DNA from: Felis catus
Taxonomy: Eukaryota
NCBI RefSeq assembly: GCF_018350175.1
Contig: NC_058368.1
Location: forward strand, 137,270,001-137,334,000
Length of the DNA: 64,000 nt
Reading direction: 5' to 3'
The position numbers and the translations under genes are program-made. The notes below the pieces were generated by a model. That model was not told where the DNA came from, searched no databases, and was given only the letters and a program-made list of their open reading frames with translations. Numbering within the stretch: the stretch's first letter is position 1; each line of letters opens with the position of its first letter. Below are positions 25,085 through 36,307 of this stretch, piece after piece.

Positions 25085-26605
25085 AACAAATGCATAACCT
25101 AGACTTTATCATCTTAACCATTTTTAAATATATAGTTCAGTGGTGTTAAGTACATCCACATTGTTGTGAAACAGATCTTTAGAACTTTCTCGTGTTGCAA
25201 ATCTGAAACTCTGTCCCATTGAACAATTCCCTACACCCCTCTCCCCACAGCCTCTAGTAAACACCATGCTACTTTCTGTATAAATTTGAATCATACGTGA
25301 AATCATACAGTATTTGTCTTTTTGTGACTGGCCTATGTCATTTAGTATAGATCCACAAAGCTCATCCATGTTGTAGCGTGTGGTAGCATGCTGAATAATA
25401 TTCCATTGTATGTACTTCTTTTTTAAGGCCGAATAATATTCCATTGTATGTACACACTGCATTTTGTTTATTCGTTCATCCCTCAGCGGACCCCTGGGTT
25501 GCTTCTTCATTTTGGCTATTGTGAATACTGCTGCTATGGAAATGAAGATACAACTATCGCTGTGAGATCCCGCCTGCAATTCTTTTGGATATATACCCAG
25601 GAGTGAAACTGCGGGATCATATGGTAATTCTATTTTTAATTTTTTGGGAAATCTTTATATTATTTTCCTTAGCACTTGTACTATTTTACAGTCCACCAAC
25701 AATACGCAAGTTTCAATTTCTCCACCTTCTCACCAACACTTGTCATTACATATTTTTATAAATTATATATATTTAGTATCATATATATTATCATAATGGA
25801 TGTAAGGTAATATGTTGTGGTTTTGATTTGCATTTCTCTGTGCTGATTGTAAAATTATTTCATGTGCTTGTTGGCCATTTGTGTATCATCTTTGGAGAAA
25901 TGTCTGAGTCCTTTCCAATTTTTTTAAGTTTATTAATTTATTTTGAGAGAAGGGGGAGGGGCAGAGGGAGAGGGAGAGAGAGAGTCCCAAGCAGACCCCA
26001 CACTCAGTGCGGAGCCCGACCCAGGGATCATTCCCACAACTGTGAGATCATGACCTGAGCTGAAATTAAGAGTCAAACACTTAACCAACTGCCCGTCTTT
26101 TCACGAGGTTATTTGATTTTTTGTTGTTTAATTGGAGTTCTTTACATATTCTGGATATTAACTCCTTATCAGATATACAACTTGCAAAATTTTTCTACCT
26201 TTTTACTCTGTGCTCTTTGATTTATAGAAGTTTTTAGGTTTTTTGTTACTCATTTGTCTGTTTTTTCTTTTGTTGCCTGTGCTTTTTTTTTTTTTTGTAT
26301 CATATCTGAGAAACTATTGCCAAATCCAATGTCATAAGGTTTCTTCCCTGTGTTTTCTTCTAAGAGTTTTATGGTTTTAGCTCTTACAGTAAAATCATCA
26401 ACTCATTTGTGTTAATTACTGTATGTGGTATTAGGCTTCATTCTTTTGCAATATGGATAGTCAGTTTTCCCAACACCATTTGCTGAAGAGGCTGTACTTC
26501 CCCTATTAAGTAGTGTTAGCAACGTAGTTGAGTATGGTTTGACCATATACCTGAAAGTTTGTTTCTGAGGTGTCCATTCTAGTCCATTGGTCTGTTTGCT
26601 GGCTT
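25085..26605 (-). mobile_element. Old 5'-truncated L1 (L1MA/MB-like 3' end) nested in ERV; contains a SINE at 25919-26092
   Basis: TTAACCATTTTTAAAT...GTTCAGTGGTGTTAAGTACATCCACATTGTTG 3'UTR and degraded ORF2 C-terminus (MEYYSALKK). Confidence 0.85.
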
Positions 26606-27319
26606 TCTTTTTTAGACCCATCAACAAACAATAGTGTCAGCATTTACTATTAGAGCAACGAAGAATACTAAGTCAGCAGTTAGTAGTGGAGGGTTCAAAT
26701 ATTCTATTCTAAGCATGAAATTAATTATCCTCTACTGGATAAAGGTAATAGAGGTGCTGAAATAAGAGTATTCCACTGGTGGCTGATAATAGGAGAAAAA
26801 GCATTCACATCTTATAATTAGTGAATTGACTAGCATAAAAATGCTGAGTGTTTTTCATTAGCGATAAGGACTTACTATATATAGTATGAGATATCCAGGT
26901 TATCACGGTACAAGATCTGAAGATGTTTTAACATATTTAGTTAAGGCCCATAATTGTTCTGAGGCAACTGAGCTAAGCTTTGGCTACTGAATTAAGGGAT
27001 CAGCTTTCATAGGCAATAGGTCTTCACCATGTGCCATGTGGGTGAGTTAAGACCTTTAGATCATGGCCTACCTTTCTCATGTTTGTACAAAAAAATGAAG
27101 AGTTTATATAATCCGGGAAGACTTTTAAGGACTCTGTTCTAATTACTCTGCCTGTGTTCATGGAATTTTTTGCCCATTGGCATTCTGGACCATAGTTATT
27201 TCTTCAGTGATTTCTTGAATCATACATAACATAGATATATTATTAGCCACGTAAGCTATAATTTTATTGGATGTGAGAAAATTTCCGAGATTTGAAAAAC
27301 GTTATCTCTTCGCAGTACA

Positions 27320-27765
27320 TTTTACGTAGGCAGTTCCACTTGCAAAGGGAATCCCTAGCCATGAAATTTGCAGGAATTGTTTCACAGGGAGGAAAGGAAT
27401 GTCCCGATAAGGATTTCAAAGTGTCCGCTACACGTCGGGACCTGGGAAATGACTTCGGATTTTTAGAAATTTTCATTATTTTAGTGCTTCCATGAAACCG
27501 AGGCAAAAAAAGTCTTGTTTTTCCTGACACCTTCCTCGATGTACCATGTACCTTCAAATGTGTCTTTTATTATCTTCTTCTACCATCTGGCACGACCGGT
27601 CATTTTTACTGTAAGATGAAATTTCGCTCTTTCTTCTTACTGAAAGTCTTTCTCGGTTTTTAAACACCTTTAAAATTTTGCTCTGAGGGATCTGATGTTC
27701 TATAGTGAAGAGATTAATAGTAGAGTTAGTGACTCCCATAGCAACAAGGAAGCCACATTTGCTCC
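27320..27765 (-). pseudogene. ERV protease remnant
   Basis: KCGFLVAMGVTNSTIN...IPQSK (decayed FLVDTGA) and GHSFPPCETIPANFMARDSLCKWN (decayed HSFL...PxNLLGRDLLCK). Confidence 0.65.
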
Positions 27766-27999
27766 CCCGAAAGTTGAGAAGGAGAAGAGGGGGGTGTCGG
27801 GGCTTAATGTCACACTCATAGCAGCATCAAGGGACACGCGCAGGACACCCTCCTGTTTCTTAGCCAGCATGGAACATCAGTTCTTTCAATTACCATTCTA
27901 TTTAAATATCCACAGGTATCCTTATCCATAGGCTCCCAATTTTTAGAGGACAGAATTTTTTAGTTAGTTTTTTTAACTAGAGAGACAAACAGTCTTTTG

Positions 28000-28800
28000 A
28001 GTTTCAGCTTCTGTACCTCCAAAGGCTCTGGAAATATCCAGCCACACACTGAATATTTTCTAACTTGACAATTTTACATTTCAATTTCTTTTTTATCATC
28101 AAATTTTCTTTTTCAGATTTGATCCCATTTACAAGAGAAGACACATCTCCACTTTAGCTGTGGTTTTACTCCAGCTTCTAGAATATTTACTAAAGTCTAT
28201 TTTTCATCCTTGTTTTATTTACAATTTGAACCTTTTCACAATCTTTCTCTTAAAATAATTGTCTCTGAAATTGTCTTATCTTGCCTTAAGTCAAGTTTTT
28301 AAGACGTTACGTAACTGAGTGCTTTAAATCTTTTCTTTCCTATCTTACTGCTTAAATCCTTAAATTTAAATCCTTAAATTTAAATCCCCTTAAGGATTTT
28401 TCCTATCTGAGAGGCTAAGTGTTAGCTGAACAGATCTGCAGTACAGGAAATTAAGAATACAACAATATATTAAAATCTGTAACAAAATTATGCGTGTATT
28501 GTGAAGGTTTAGGAAAATCCTTAAGTATGTCCCCTAAGTTGGCTCTAGACAAGAATTCAAATTCAACCTTCTGGTCTAGAAATTCTACAATATCATTGTT
28601 CCCCAAATAAAACCCTGAAAAAAGAATCGCTCATTTAGAAGGTCAAGCAAAGCTGAGTAAAAAACAAAATGCAAAATGAACAGTTTTCAAAAGATTAAAA
28701 AAGTCTTTGAGAGAAACTGTCTTGAGTTAGAATTTTTGGAGGGCCCTTGCATATCAGTTAAAGAAACTACTGATTATTTGGTATTTTGTCTCCTATTATT
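28000..28800 (-). pseudogene. ERV gag remnant
   Basis: DILKDFPKPSQYTHNFVTDFNILL at ~28460-28530 resembles class I ERV capsid KDFPKP motif; position fits between PBS and pro. Confidence 0.5.
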
Positions 28801-28883
28801 TTTAGTGTTTCTCTTAAAGATAGTAATGTAGAGATTTGGACACTTTCTCAGAAAAGTACAAACGTTAAAATTGCAGCACTTCT

Positions 28884-29108
28884 TTTTTTTTTAATTAAAA
28901 AAATTTGTTTTAATCTTCCTTTATTTTTGAGACAGACAGAGTGCAAGCAGGGGTGGAACAGAGAGAGAGGGAGACGCAGAATCCGAAGCAGGCTCCAGGC
29001 TCCGAACTGTCAACACAGAGCCCGACGTGAGCCTCAAATTCACGACCTGTGAGATCATGACCTGAGCTGAAGTTGGCCCCTTAACAGATGGAGCCACCCA
29101 GGTGCCCC
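28884..29108 (-). mobile_element. CAN-SINE nested in ERV
   Basis: Antisense body; flanking TTG(C/T)AGCACTTCTT repeat. Confidence 0.9.
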
Positions 29109-29926
29109 AGAGTTGTAGCACTTCTTAAAGGGGATAGAATGCGTTAGCGCTTTGGGGCTTTTGAAGGGCTCTGGGTTCCCCAAGCAGGCAGAAACTAGAA
29201 AGGAACTATCCGTTCAATAACCGGACAATCCCTGAGGCTTGAGTATGGACAAAACAAAGTGAGCTTCTTTCACAAATTAATGAGAAAGCGGGCACCCTCA
29301 TGAAGGTTTGGTGGAGGACCCTACACAATGGTTAACAAACCTTTTTGCGCAAATGGATTTCTGATCTATCAGACCTCCGGTCATCAGCCTTCAACACTGG
29401 CCTGCCTTGAGCCAGAAACTTTTCAGGTGTATGTTTCAATCTGTTGCCTTACACATTCAAAAGAAAGAAACCAAGCCAGGACAAAACAAAAACACATGAA
29501 AGAATAATCTGTACATATAGACGAGCAGCAGCAAAAACAAGGTAAGCAGCGGAATACACAGGTTAATGGCAAAAACATTCCTCAAATGGCATACCTCCAA
29601 AACAAAGGCCTGAGGATCTTGTACGAAGAGGTAGGTCTAATCAGTCACCGAATAGTTTACCTATGAACCAAATGGTGTGATCGCTCAGCACAAAGATCTA
29701 GGCCAACACAAAGAGCTATTTGGTTACAAATCCTAGACTAACAAAAAACATTTAGGAATATGAACTCAATAAAACTAGCCAGAGATCATATTGTTATTGA
29801 GACTGACTCACTTGAAAACACATCTGAAGAGTAAGGAGAATTTTGGCACAAGATGCCAGTGAGTGCACCTGGAATGCTGGAATCCAGGCTTCCCCAGAAT
29901 GCCACCAAATGAGGGTCTTTAAAACA

Positions 29927-29944
29927 ATCTCGGTGAAACCTCCA
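29927..29944 (-). other. Retroviral primer-binding site for tRNA-Gln
   Basis: Minus strand TGGAGGTTTCACCGAGAT, 17/18 match to PBS-Gln TGGAGGTTCCACCGAGAT, 4 nt downstream of the LTR-terminal CA. Confidence 0.85.
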
Positions 29945-29948
29945 AAAA

Positions 29949-30370
29949 TGTCCAATGAGACCATCACTCAACACATGAAATGAAAAGGCTAAACTATTTG
30001 CTTCTTATGGTAAGAGATGCCAGTTAGTCTATTCAAGTGGAACAGATTGCCGGTCTTGGGTAAGAGGGTCAGGAATGGGTAGACTCTCAGAGGCGTAAGT
30101 GAGTTGCCATCATCTGTAGAAACATGCCTATTCCGGGGAGGCTTTTGTTGGTTGGGTACCCCTCAGAGGTGTGCTGTTGGAGTGAGCCTGTCCTTGACTG
30201 GCTGAGTTTCAGGAGTGAGAGACTGACAGAGTGGTTGGCTTATGAAAGTGTGTTTACCAAAGTGACTTGTTGTTTGACGGAACAGGTTTAAAAGCAGTGT
30301 GATGGGGACTTGTTACACGACTTCAGGATCATCAGCCTTTCCTACATTTGTAAGAACTTTCTTAGTCTCA
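29949..30370 (-). mobile_element. ERV 5' LTR
   Basis: TG...CA termini, adjacent PBS, homology to 21691-22134. Confidence 0.85.
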
Positions 30371-30754
30371 AGTTAAAAAACGAGATAAAAGAAGGAAGAG
30401 AAAGTAAGAGAAATACTGGAATCTACTCATGATATCAAAAATGGTCCAGCTTACCACTGTTGAACAGGTGCCAGACTTGGAGTTGGACAGCGAAGTCTTT
30501 GGTATGAGCAATACTGCTGTGTTTGGGTACTTTATGTGGTTGAACTAGTAGAAGGAAAAAAAAGGGGGTGCTTCTGGAAAAAGAGTTGTGATTTAAATTG
30601 GTACATATTTACATAATTCCAAAATTCCATTCCCTACTGTCATCAATGCTTATTGTACATAATATGCCTTTTTGTGAAATATATTTGTAAAAAAAATACA
30701 TAAATTTTTAGAAAAGAGGAAGAAAAGACAGCATCACTATGATTAACATCTTGA

Positions 30755-30990
30755 TCTTTGGTTTCAGACAGATCTGGGTTTAAGTCCTGGCTCTTCCATT
30801 TATGAATTGGGTAACCTGGGGCAAGTTACTCAACTTCCGCAAGCTTCTGTGTTCTCATCTGTAAAATGGCGATAATAAATAACACCGACTTTGCGTGGCT
30901 ATTGAGAGGATTAAAAGCAGTAAATTATGTAGAGAGCTTCGCATAGTTCCTGGCACAGAGTAGACATCTAACAAATGGGATCTATTATTT
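30755..30990 (+). mobile_element. MIR
   Basis: CCTGGGGCAAGTTACTCAACTT...TTCTCATCTGTAAAATGG core. Confidence 0.8.
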
Positions 30991-31724
30991 TTGTAATTAA
31001 TAGGAAAAAATATGAAGAACCGCACTAAAATAATTTATGTGTTTTTCTTCTCTTGTTTCAATTTTGTTACTGTGTAAATAAAAATTACTTTTACTACTTT
31101 GAAATTTTTTTCCTAACATTTATAACACAAAACCCTACTTAGATCTTCATAGCCCTTTAAGGTAAGAAATATGTTGATAACTATGTTAACATATTAATAG
31201 TAAGAAAGTGCTTTACTTGGGTAAGGTAACAAGGGTGCGAATAGGAGGTCAAAGAAATGTATGAATTCATTAAATGTAGCTTAAGTATCCAGGACAGATG
31301 GTAATTTATACTCCTAAAGGACTTTCACTCCAGCCACACTTAGTCCCTCTAATGACATAATATGTGGAGGCATGGGCTTCTGCAGCAGAAAATAACAGAG
31401 TGGCCAATTAGGACTTGGCCTCCTGATCCTTATGAATGGCTCTAAGATATAGGGACAGTGAGAAGGTTTGCAAAAGGACAAGTAATACTTTTGTGAAGTT
31501 GGTGGCTCGTTCCATTGCCCCCTGGGAGAACAAAACTTCTGCACAGCTCTGGTTGAACAATTATCGATTGAATGAATATACTATAATATGTTTAATCATT
31601 TCCCTTGTGGAATAGGTAATTTTCCCCCAACTTTTTTATATTATACATGATAATGGTACAAGCATCTTTGTGTATAGAACTTTTTTCTTCCATTGAAGCA
31701 TCATGTTGCCCTGATGATGAGTCC

Positions 31725-31945
31725 AAACCCTGGAGCTTCAAATCTCAACTCTGCCATTAGCCAGCCATGTGATCCTAAGCAAATTTTTTTTAACCTGGGG
31801 CATCCTTCAGTTTCCTCATCTCTAACATGACGAATAATCAAAGTATGTACTTTATATGGCTACTGTGAAGACTAAATGAGTTAATATATATGAAACACTT
31901 AGAAATGTCCCTGGCACAAAATAACATTCTAGGTGGTAATAACTA
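31725..31945 (+). mobile_element. MIR
   Basis: TCAGTTTCCTCATCTCTAACATG core. Confidence 0.75.
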
Positions 31946-32167
31946 CCAATGGTGACATTTTGTCTTGGGATGAATCTGAAGTTGCAAAGGCATTTATATT
32001 TTTATGCTCTTAATATTTCATGCTAAGTCACTTTTTAAGAATTCCTGTTATTCCATCGATTTAGGCCGACATAATTTCTTTTTATTTTTCTACAGCCTTT
32101 TTATAGTTTTATGATTTTCCTTATACTTTTAAGTTCATTAAATGTGAGATAGCACCTTATTGTTGTT

Positions 32168-32390
32168 GTTTTTTAATTAAAAAAAAATTTCTTGGTGTTT
32201 ATTTTTGAGAGACAGAGAGAGACAGAGAACAAGTAGGAAAGGAGCAGAGAGAGAGGGAGACAGAATCCGAAGCAGGCTCCGGGCTCTGAGCTGTCAGCAC
32301 AGAGCCTGATGCAGGGCTCGAACTCACAAACCACGAGATCATGACCTGAGCCGAAGTTGGTGCTTAACCGACTGAGCCACCCAGGCGCCC
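32168..32390 (-). mobile_element. CAN-SINE
   Basis: Antisense canonical body. Confidence 0.92.
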
Positions 32391-33662
32391 TATTACTGAA
32401 GGTATTTTTTAAGTTTTCCCTTGTTTGAATGCTCCTAGTGTCCTTTTTGCTCTTAGGGATTTGGTGTTACACTTTAGCTTTGACTAAAGACTGACATATT
32501 TAAAATGTTATTAGCTTATCTGTCATATTTAGCACAACTCTCTTAGTTTGTTTTCCTCTTTAGCTTCCTTTATTAATTTTCATCTTATAGAGATTTGAAA
32601 TGTTTCTATAGTCATATAGATCTATCTTCTATTTTTTTCATTTCTGTTTCCTCTCCTATTTTTCTTATTTTCTTACACTTTGACTTGTTAGTATTTAACT
32701 TCCTGGAGTTTTCTCCTAAAAGGCAGAGACTCACTTAGTCATCATTGTATCTATATGCCTAGCCCAGTCCCAGCACAGGGTGAACAACTGAAAAATACTT
32801 GTGGAATGTATGAATAAGTGAAGGGGCAAGTTCACAGACTACACAAAACTACGATTGCTTAATAAGATCACGTTTCCTTCCTCTAGGAGTCCAGAGGGTC
32901 CAACCATCTGATGACCAGGTTCTCCAGAATGCCATTGTCCCCACCCAGTGTCTCTCCCAGGACTGGCACTGATTTCTCCCTCAATTCACCAAGGCACAGT
33001 TAAGACAAGAGTAAAACAGTTAGGAAAAATGTACTGTAGATTCAGGGACGCAGTAACAGCACAATACAGTATAGGTTACAACCACTTCTAGGATGTATTA
33101 CTTTCAGAACACCCAGTACGGCAGTGGCCAGCTTACCTCCACCCACAACAGAAAATCTCCAGGCATCTCCAAGCACTGGAATACTGGCCCTAACAACCCA
33201 TATAGCAGCAATGGGAGTGTGACTGAGTACGTGTTCATCATTGTATGCATGTGGGTGGGTGTGTACTTGCATATACAGGAAAAAGAGAGACAGAGCCAGA
33301 GATAGTCACAGAGAGATGTCTCCTCTCAAAATCCATGCCCTGCTTCATATGATGCTTGTGAAGATTCAGTGAGTAAAATAAATTATACAATTGACAGTGG
33401 AAACACCCATTCATTCAGAGTGTAATCTGGTTCCCATGGCTCACACAAGGCAGTGATAAAGGTCAGCAGTGTGTTTCCCAGATCGGAGTTTTTCCATCTT
33501 AAATAACACTATGTGAAAGGCACCAATGGTCCAACCCAAGTGTTACTGTACCAAGTTCAATCTTGCTGATTCCCTTTCACACTTTTTATCTCTAGTATAA
33601 AAAGATCAGGCCTACCCAAAGGTCCAGTATCACAGTCTCCTATAAGCAATCAGTTAGCCAAA

Positions 33663-33679
33663 ACACACACACACACACG

Positions 33680-33710
<31 letters not shown>
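33663..33710. repeat. (CA)n(CG)n(CA)n compound microsatellite
   Basis: Directly visible. Confidence 0.95.
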
Positions 33711-33802
33711 ATGCATGCAAACTAGCTATCTAGCTATCTAGCTATCCAAAAAAAAAAAAAGTACTTGCAAGGGCAGGTCAGCCTAAATCCACATTCTAAG
33801 GT

Positions 33803-34418
33803 GCTCTTGTTTGAATATTTGCATTCCTCCCCACCAAAATTCATATGTTGAAGTCCTAACACCCAATGTGATGGTATGGAGCAGGTGGGACCTTTGGGAA
33901 AGTACATAAATTAAAAGGTGGAGCCCTCATTGAGGTGCCTGGGTGGCTTAGTCAGTTAAGAGTCTGACTTCAGCTCAGGTCATGATTTCACAGTCCGTGG
34001 GTTCAAGCCCCACATCGGGCTCTGTGCTGACAGCTCAGAGCCTGGAGCCTGTTTCAGATTCTGTGTCTCCCTCTCTCTCTCCTTCCCTGCCACCCCCCCC
34101 CCCCATGCCCATGCTCTGTCTCTGTCTCTCAGAAGTGAATTTAAAAAAACATTAGATAAAAATTAAAAAAAAAAAAAAAAAGGTGGAGCCCTCATGAATA
34201 GGATTAGTACCTTATAAAAGAGGCTCCAGAGATACTCCTGGGCCTTTCCACCATGTGAATATACAATGGGAAGTCTGCCACCAGGAAGAGGGCCCTCATC
34301 AGACAGGCTGACACCCTGATCTTGGACTTCTAACCTCCAAAACTGTAAGTAATAAATTTGCCTTGTTTATAACTACCTGGTCTGGTGTTTGGTTATAGCA
34401 ACGTGAACAGCCTAAGAC
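33803..34418 (+). mobile_element. MaLR solo LTR (MLT1A-like) split by a SINE at 33932-34177
   Basis: CCAAAATTCATATGTTGAAGTCCTAAC start, GATCTTGGACTTCTAACCTCCAAAACTGT, CCTAAGACA end; SINE TSD AAAAGGTGGAGCCCTCAT. Confidence 0.88.
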
Positions 34419-35003
34419 ACAGGGACATATTTTTCCCCCTTGGTTTCAAAAGGACATACACGAGTCAATACAAACAATTTATGCTTCAAAATTAAACTTT
34501 TCAGCTTACTGGAGACTTCCGTCTCCTCCAAAAGCAACAATCATGTCCTTGTTCTACATTTATGTAATTAAAAGGGTTTATTCTGATGCTTTTCTCAAAA
34601 CTAAGAAAGTCTTCCCCAAAAATGAATAGATGACTCCATCTCTACAAGAAAAAAACTGGAAACTTTTCAATAATGCCAGCTTTCGAAAGTGGTAAAATCC
34701 TGATAGCCTCTTGAGGAAGGGATAAAAATGCAGTTTGAGGTGAAGGCCTAAGTTGATTTTTCTTCATATTAATATCTATTATTCTTATGAGTTCTTAAAT
34801 CATCTCCTTTCTCCCTCATTTGAGAAGACTGGGTTTATGTATTAAGCATCTGTATAAGCTAGGTTTTCTATTCCTTTTGGTTACCCTTAATTTCATTTAT
34901 GAACTCATATCATATCATTTCCATTCATTTCCTTTAAAATTCTAGTATCTACCAAATATTGTTCCTCCTCATTGTTCTTTTTTTATAGAGAGAGAAGGTA
35001 ATA

Positions 35004-35426
35004 TAGTTGACCTTTGACCAATGTAGGGATTAGGGGCACTGAACCCCTGCACAGTTGAAAATCCACATGTAACTTTGGCTTCCCAGAAACTTAACTACTA
35101 GTAGTCTACTGTTGACTGGAAGCCTTACCCATAACATAAACACTCAATTAACATGTATTTTGTATGTTGTATGTATTATATACTGTATTCTCACAATAAA
35201 GTAAGCTAGAGAAAAGAAAATGTTAAGAAAATCATAAGGAAGAGAAAATACAGTTATAGCACTGTACTGCATTTAATTTTTTTAAGTTTTTACTTAAATT
35301 CCATTTAGTTAACATACAGTGTAATATTAGTTTTAGGGGTACAATCTATGTACTGTATTTATTTTTAAAAATCCATGTGTAAGTGGACCCACCCAGTTCA
35401 AACCTGTGTTGTTGAAGGGTCAACTA
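35004..35426. mobile_element. Tigger2a-like non-autonomous DNA transposon
   Basis: TIRs TAGTTGACCTTTGACCAA / TTGTTGAAGGGTCAACTA flanked by TA. Confidence 0.85.
35276..35348 (-). mobile_element. Extremely 5'-truncated carnivore L1 3' end inside the Tigger
   Basis: T-tail plus TTAGTTAACATACAGTGTAATATTAGTTT; TSD TGTACTG(C/T)ATTTA at 35263-35275 and 35349-35361. Confidence 0.75.
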
Positions 35427-35510
35427 TATTTGATAATTCTGTTCATTTGTTTTGCCAAAACAGTTCTGGAGTCATTTTATTGAACTCTCTAAAATATTCT
35501 TTAGTTTTTA

Positions 35511-35850
35511 GGGGCGCCTGGGTGGCGCGGTCAGTTAAGCGTCCGACTTCGGGACTTCGGCTCAGGTCACGATCTCACGGCCCGTGAGTTCGAGCCCCGC
35601 GTCGGGCTCTGTGCTGACCGCTCAGAGCCTGGAGCCTGAAATGTTTATTTATTTTTGAGACAGAGAGAGACAGAGCATGAACGGGGGAGGGGCAGAGAGA
35701 GAGGGGAAGACAGAATCGGAAACAGGCTCCAGGCTCTGAGCGGTCAGCACAGAGCCCGACGCGGGGCTCGAACTCACGGGCCGTGAGATCGTGACCTGAG
35801 CCGAAGTCCCGAAGTCGGACGCTTAACTGACCGCGCCACCCAGGCGCCCC
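35511..35850. mobile_element. Fold-back SINEC_Fc: plus-strand 5' part (35511-35638) joined to a full minus-strand copy (35639-35850)
   Basis: 35511-35638 is the exact reverse complement of 35723-35850; single TSD TATTCTTTAGTTTTTA at 35495-35510 and 35851-35866. Confidence 0.95.
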
Positions 35851-36307
35851 TATTCTTTAGTTTTTAATGGGAATATGTTAAATTTATATATTTATTTGGG
35901 AAGTGCCATCTCTACTATCCACAGTCACGGTATGTCTCTATATTCATTTGGTTTTTTGAATTCTTTTGTTAAAGTTTTTTTTATAATTTATTTTATGTGT
36001 CTTACATTTTCCACATTAATATCCATATATTTTATAATTTACTGCCCTTGTCAATAAGATCTTTTTAGTTATCTTTTCTAGTTGGTTTTTACTGATTTTT
36101 AGGAAAGATATGTGTGTTTATAGATTTATCTTGTGTTTTCCCATCTCATTAAATGCGTTAGACATTTCAAATAGTTCTGAGGAGGGTGAGAATGGCTTAA
36201 TTTGGGTCTTTTATTTCTTCAAATAACATTTCTATTTCTCCTCCCCCACCCCACCTATATTTAGTTTTCATTTCTTTTGGAGATCCTTCCATAATAAAAA
36301 TAATTTT

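Larger units (their letters stand above)
21691..30370 (-). mobile_element. Degenerate class I (ERV1/gamma-like) endogenous retrovirus provirus
   Basis: Two homologous ~420-440 bp LTRs, AGTT 4-bp TSD (21687-21690 and 30371-30374), PBS-Gln, gag/pro/env remnants in correct order on the minus strand. Confidence 0.85.

Noticed and set aside
27150..27215. LWSRMPMG on the minus strand as an RT 'WTRLPQG' motif
   Set aside because: Plausible by position but too short and degenerate to list as a feature without an alignment
27250..27700. Possible foreign (bacterial or non-retroviral) insert because CpG is not depleted
   Set aside because: Translates to retroviral protease motifs in the expected position and strand of the surrounding provirus
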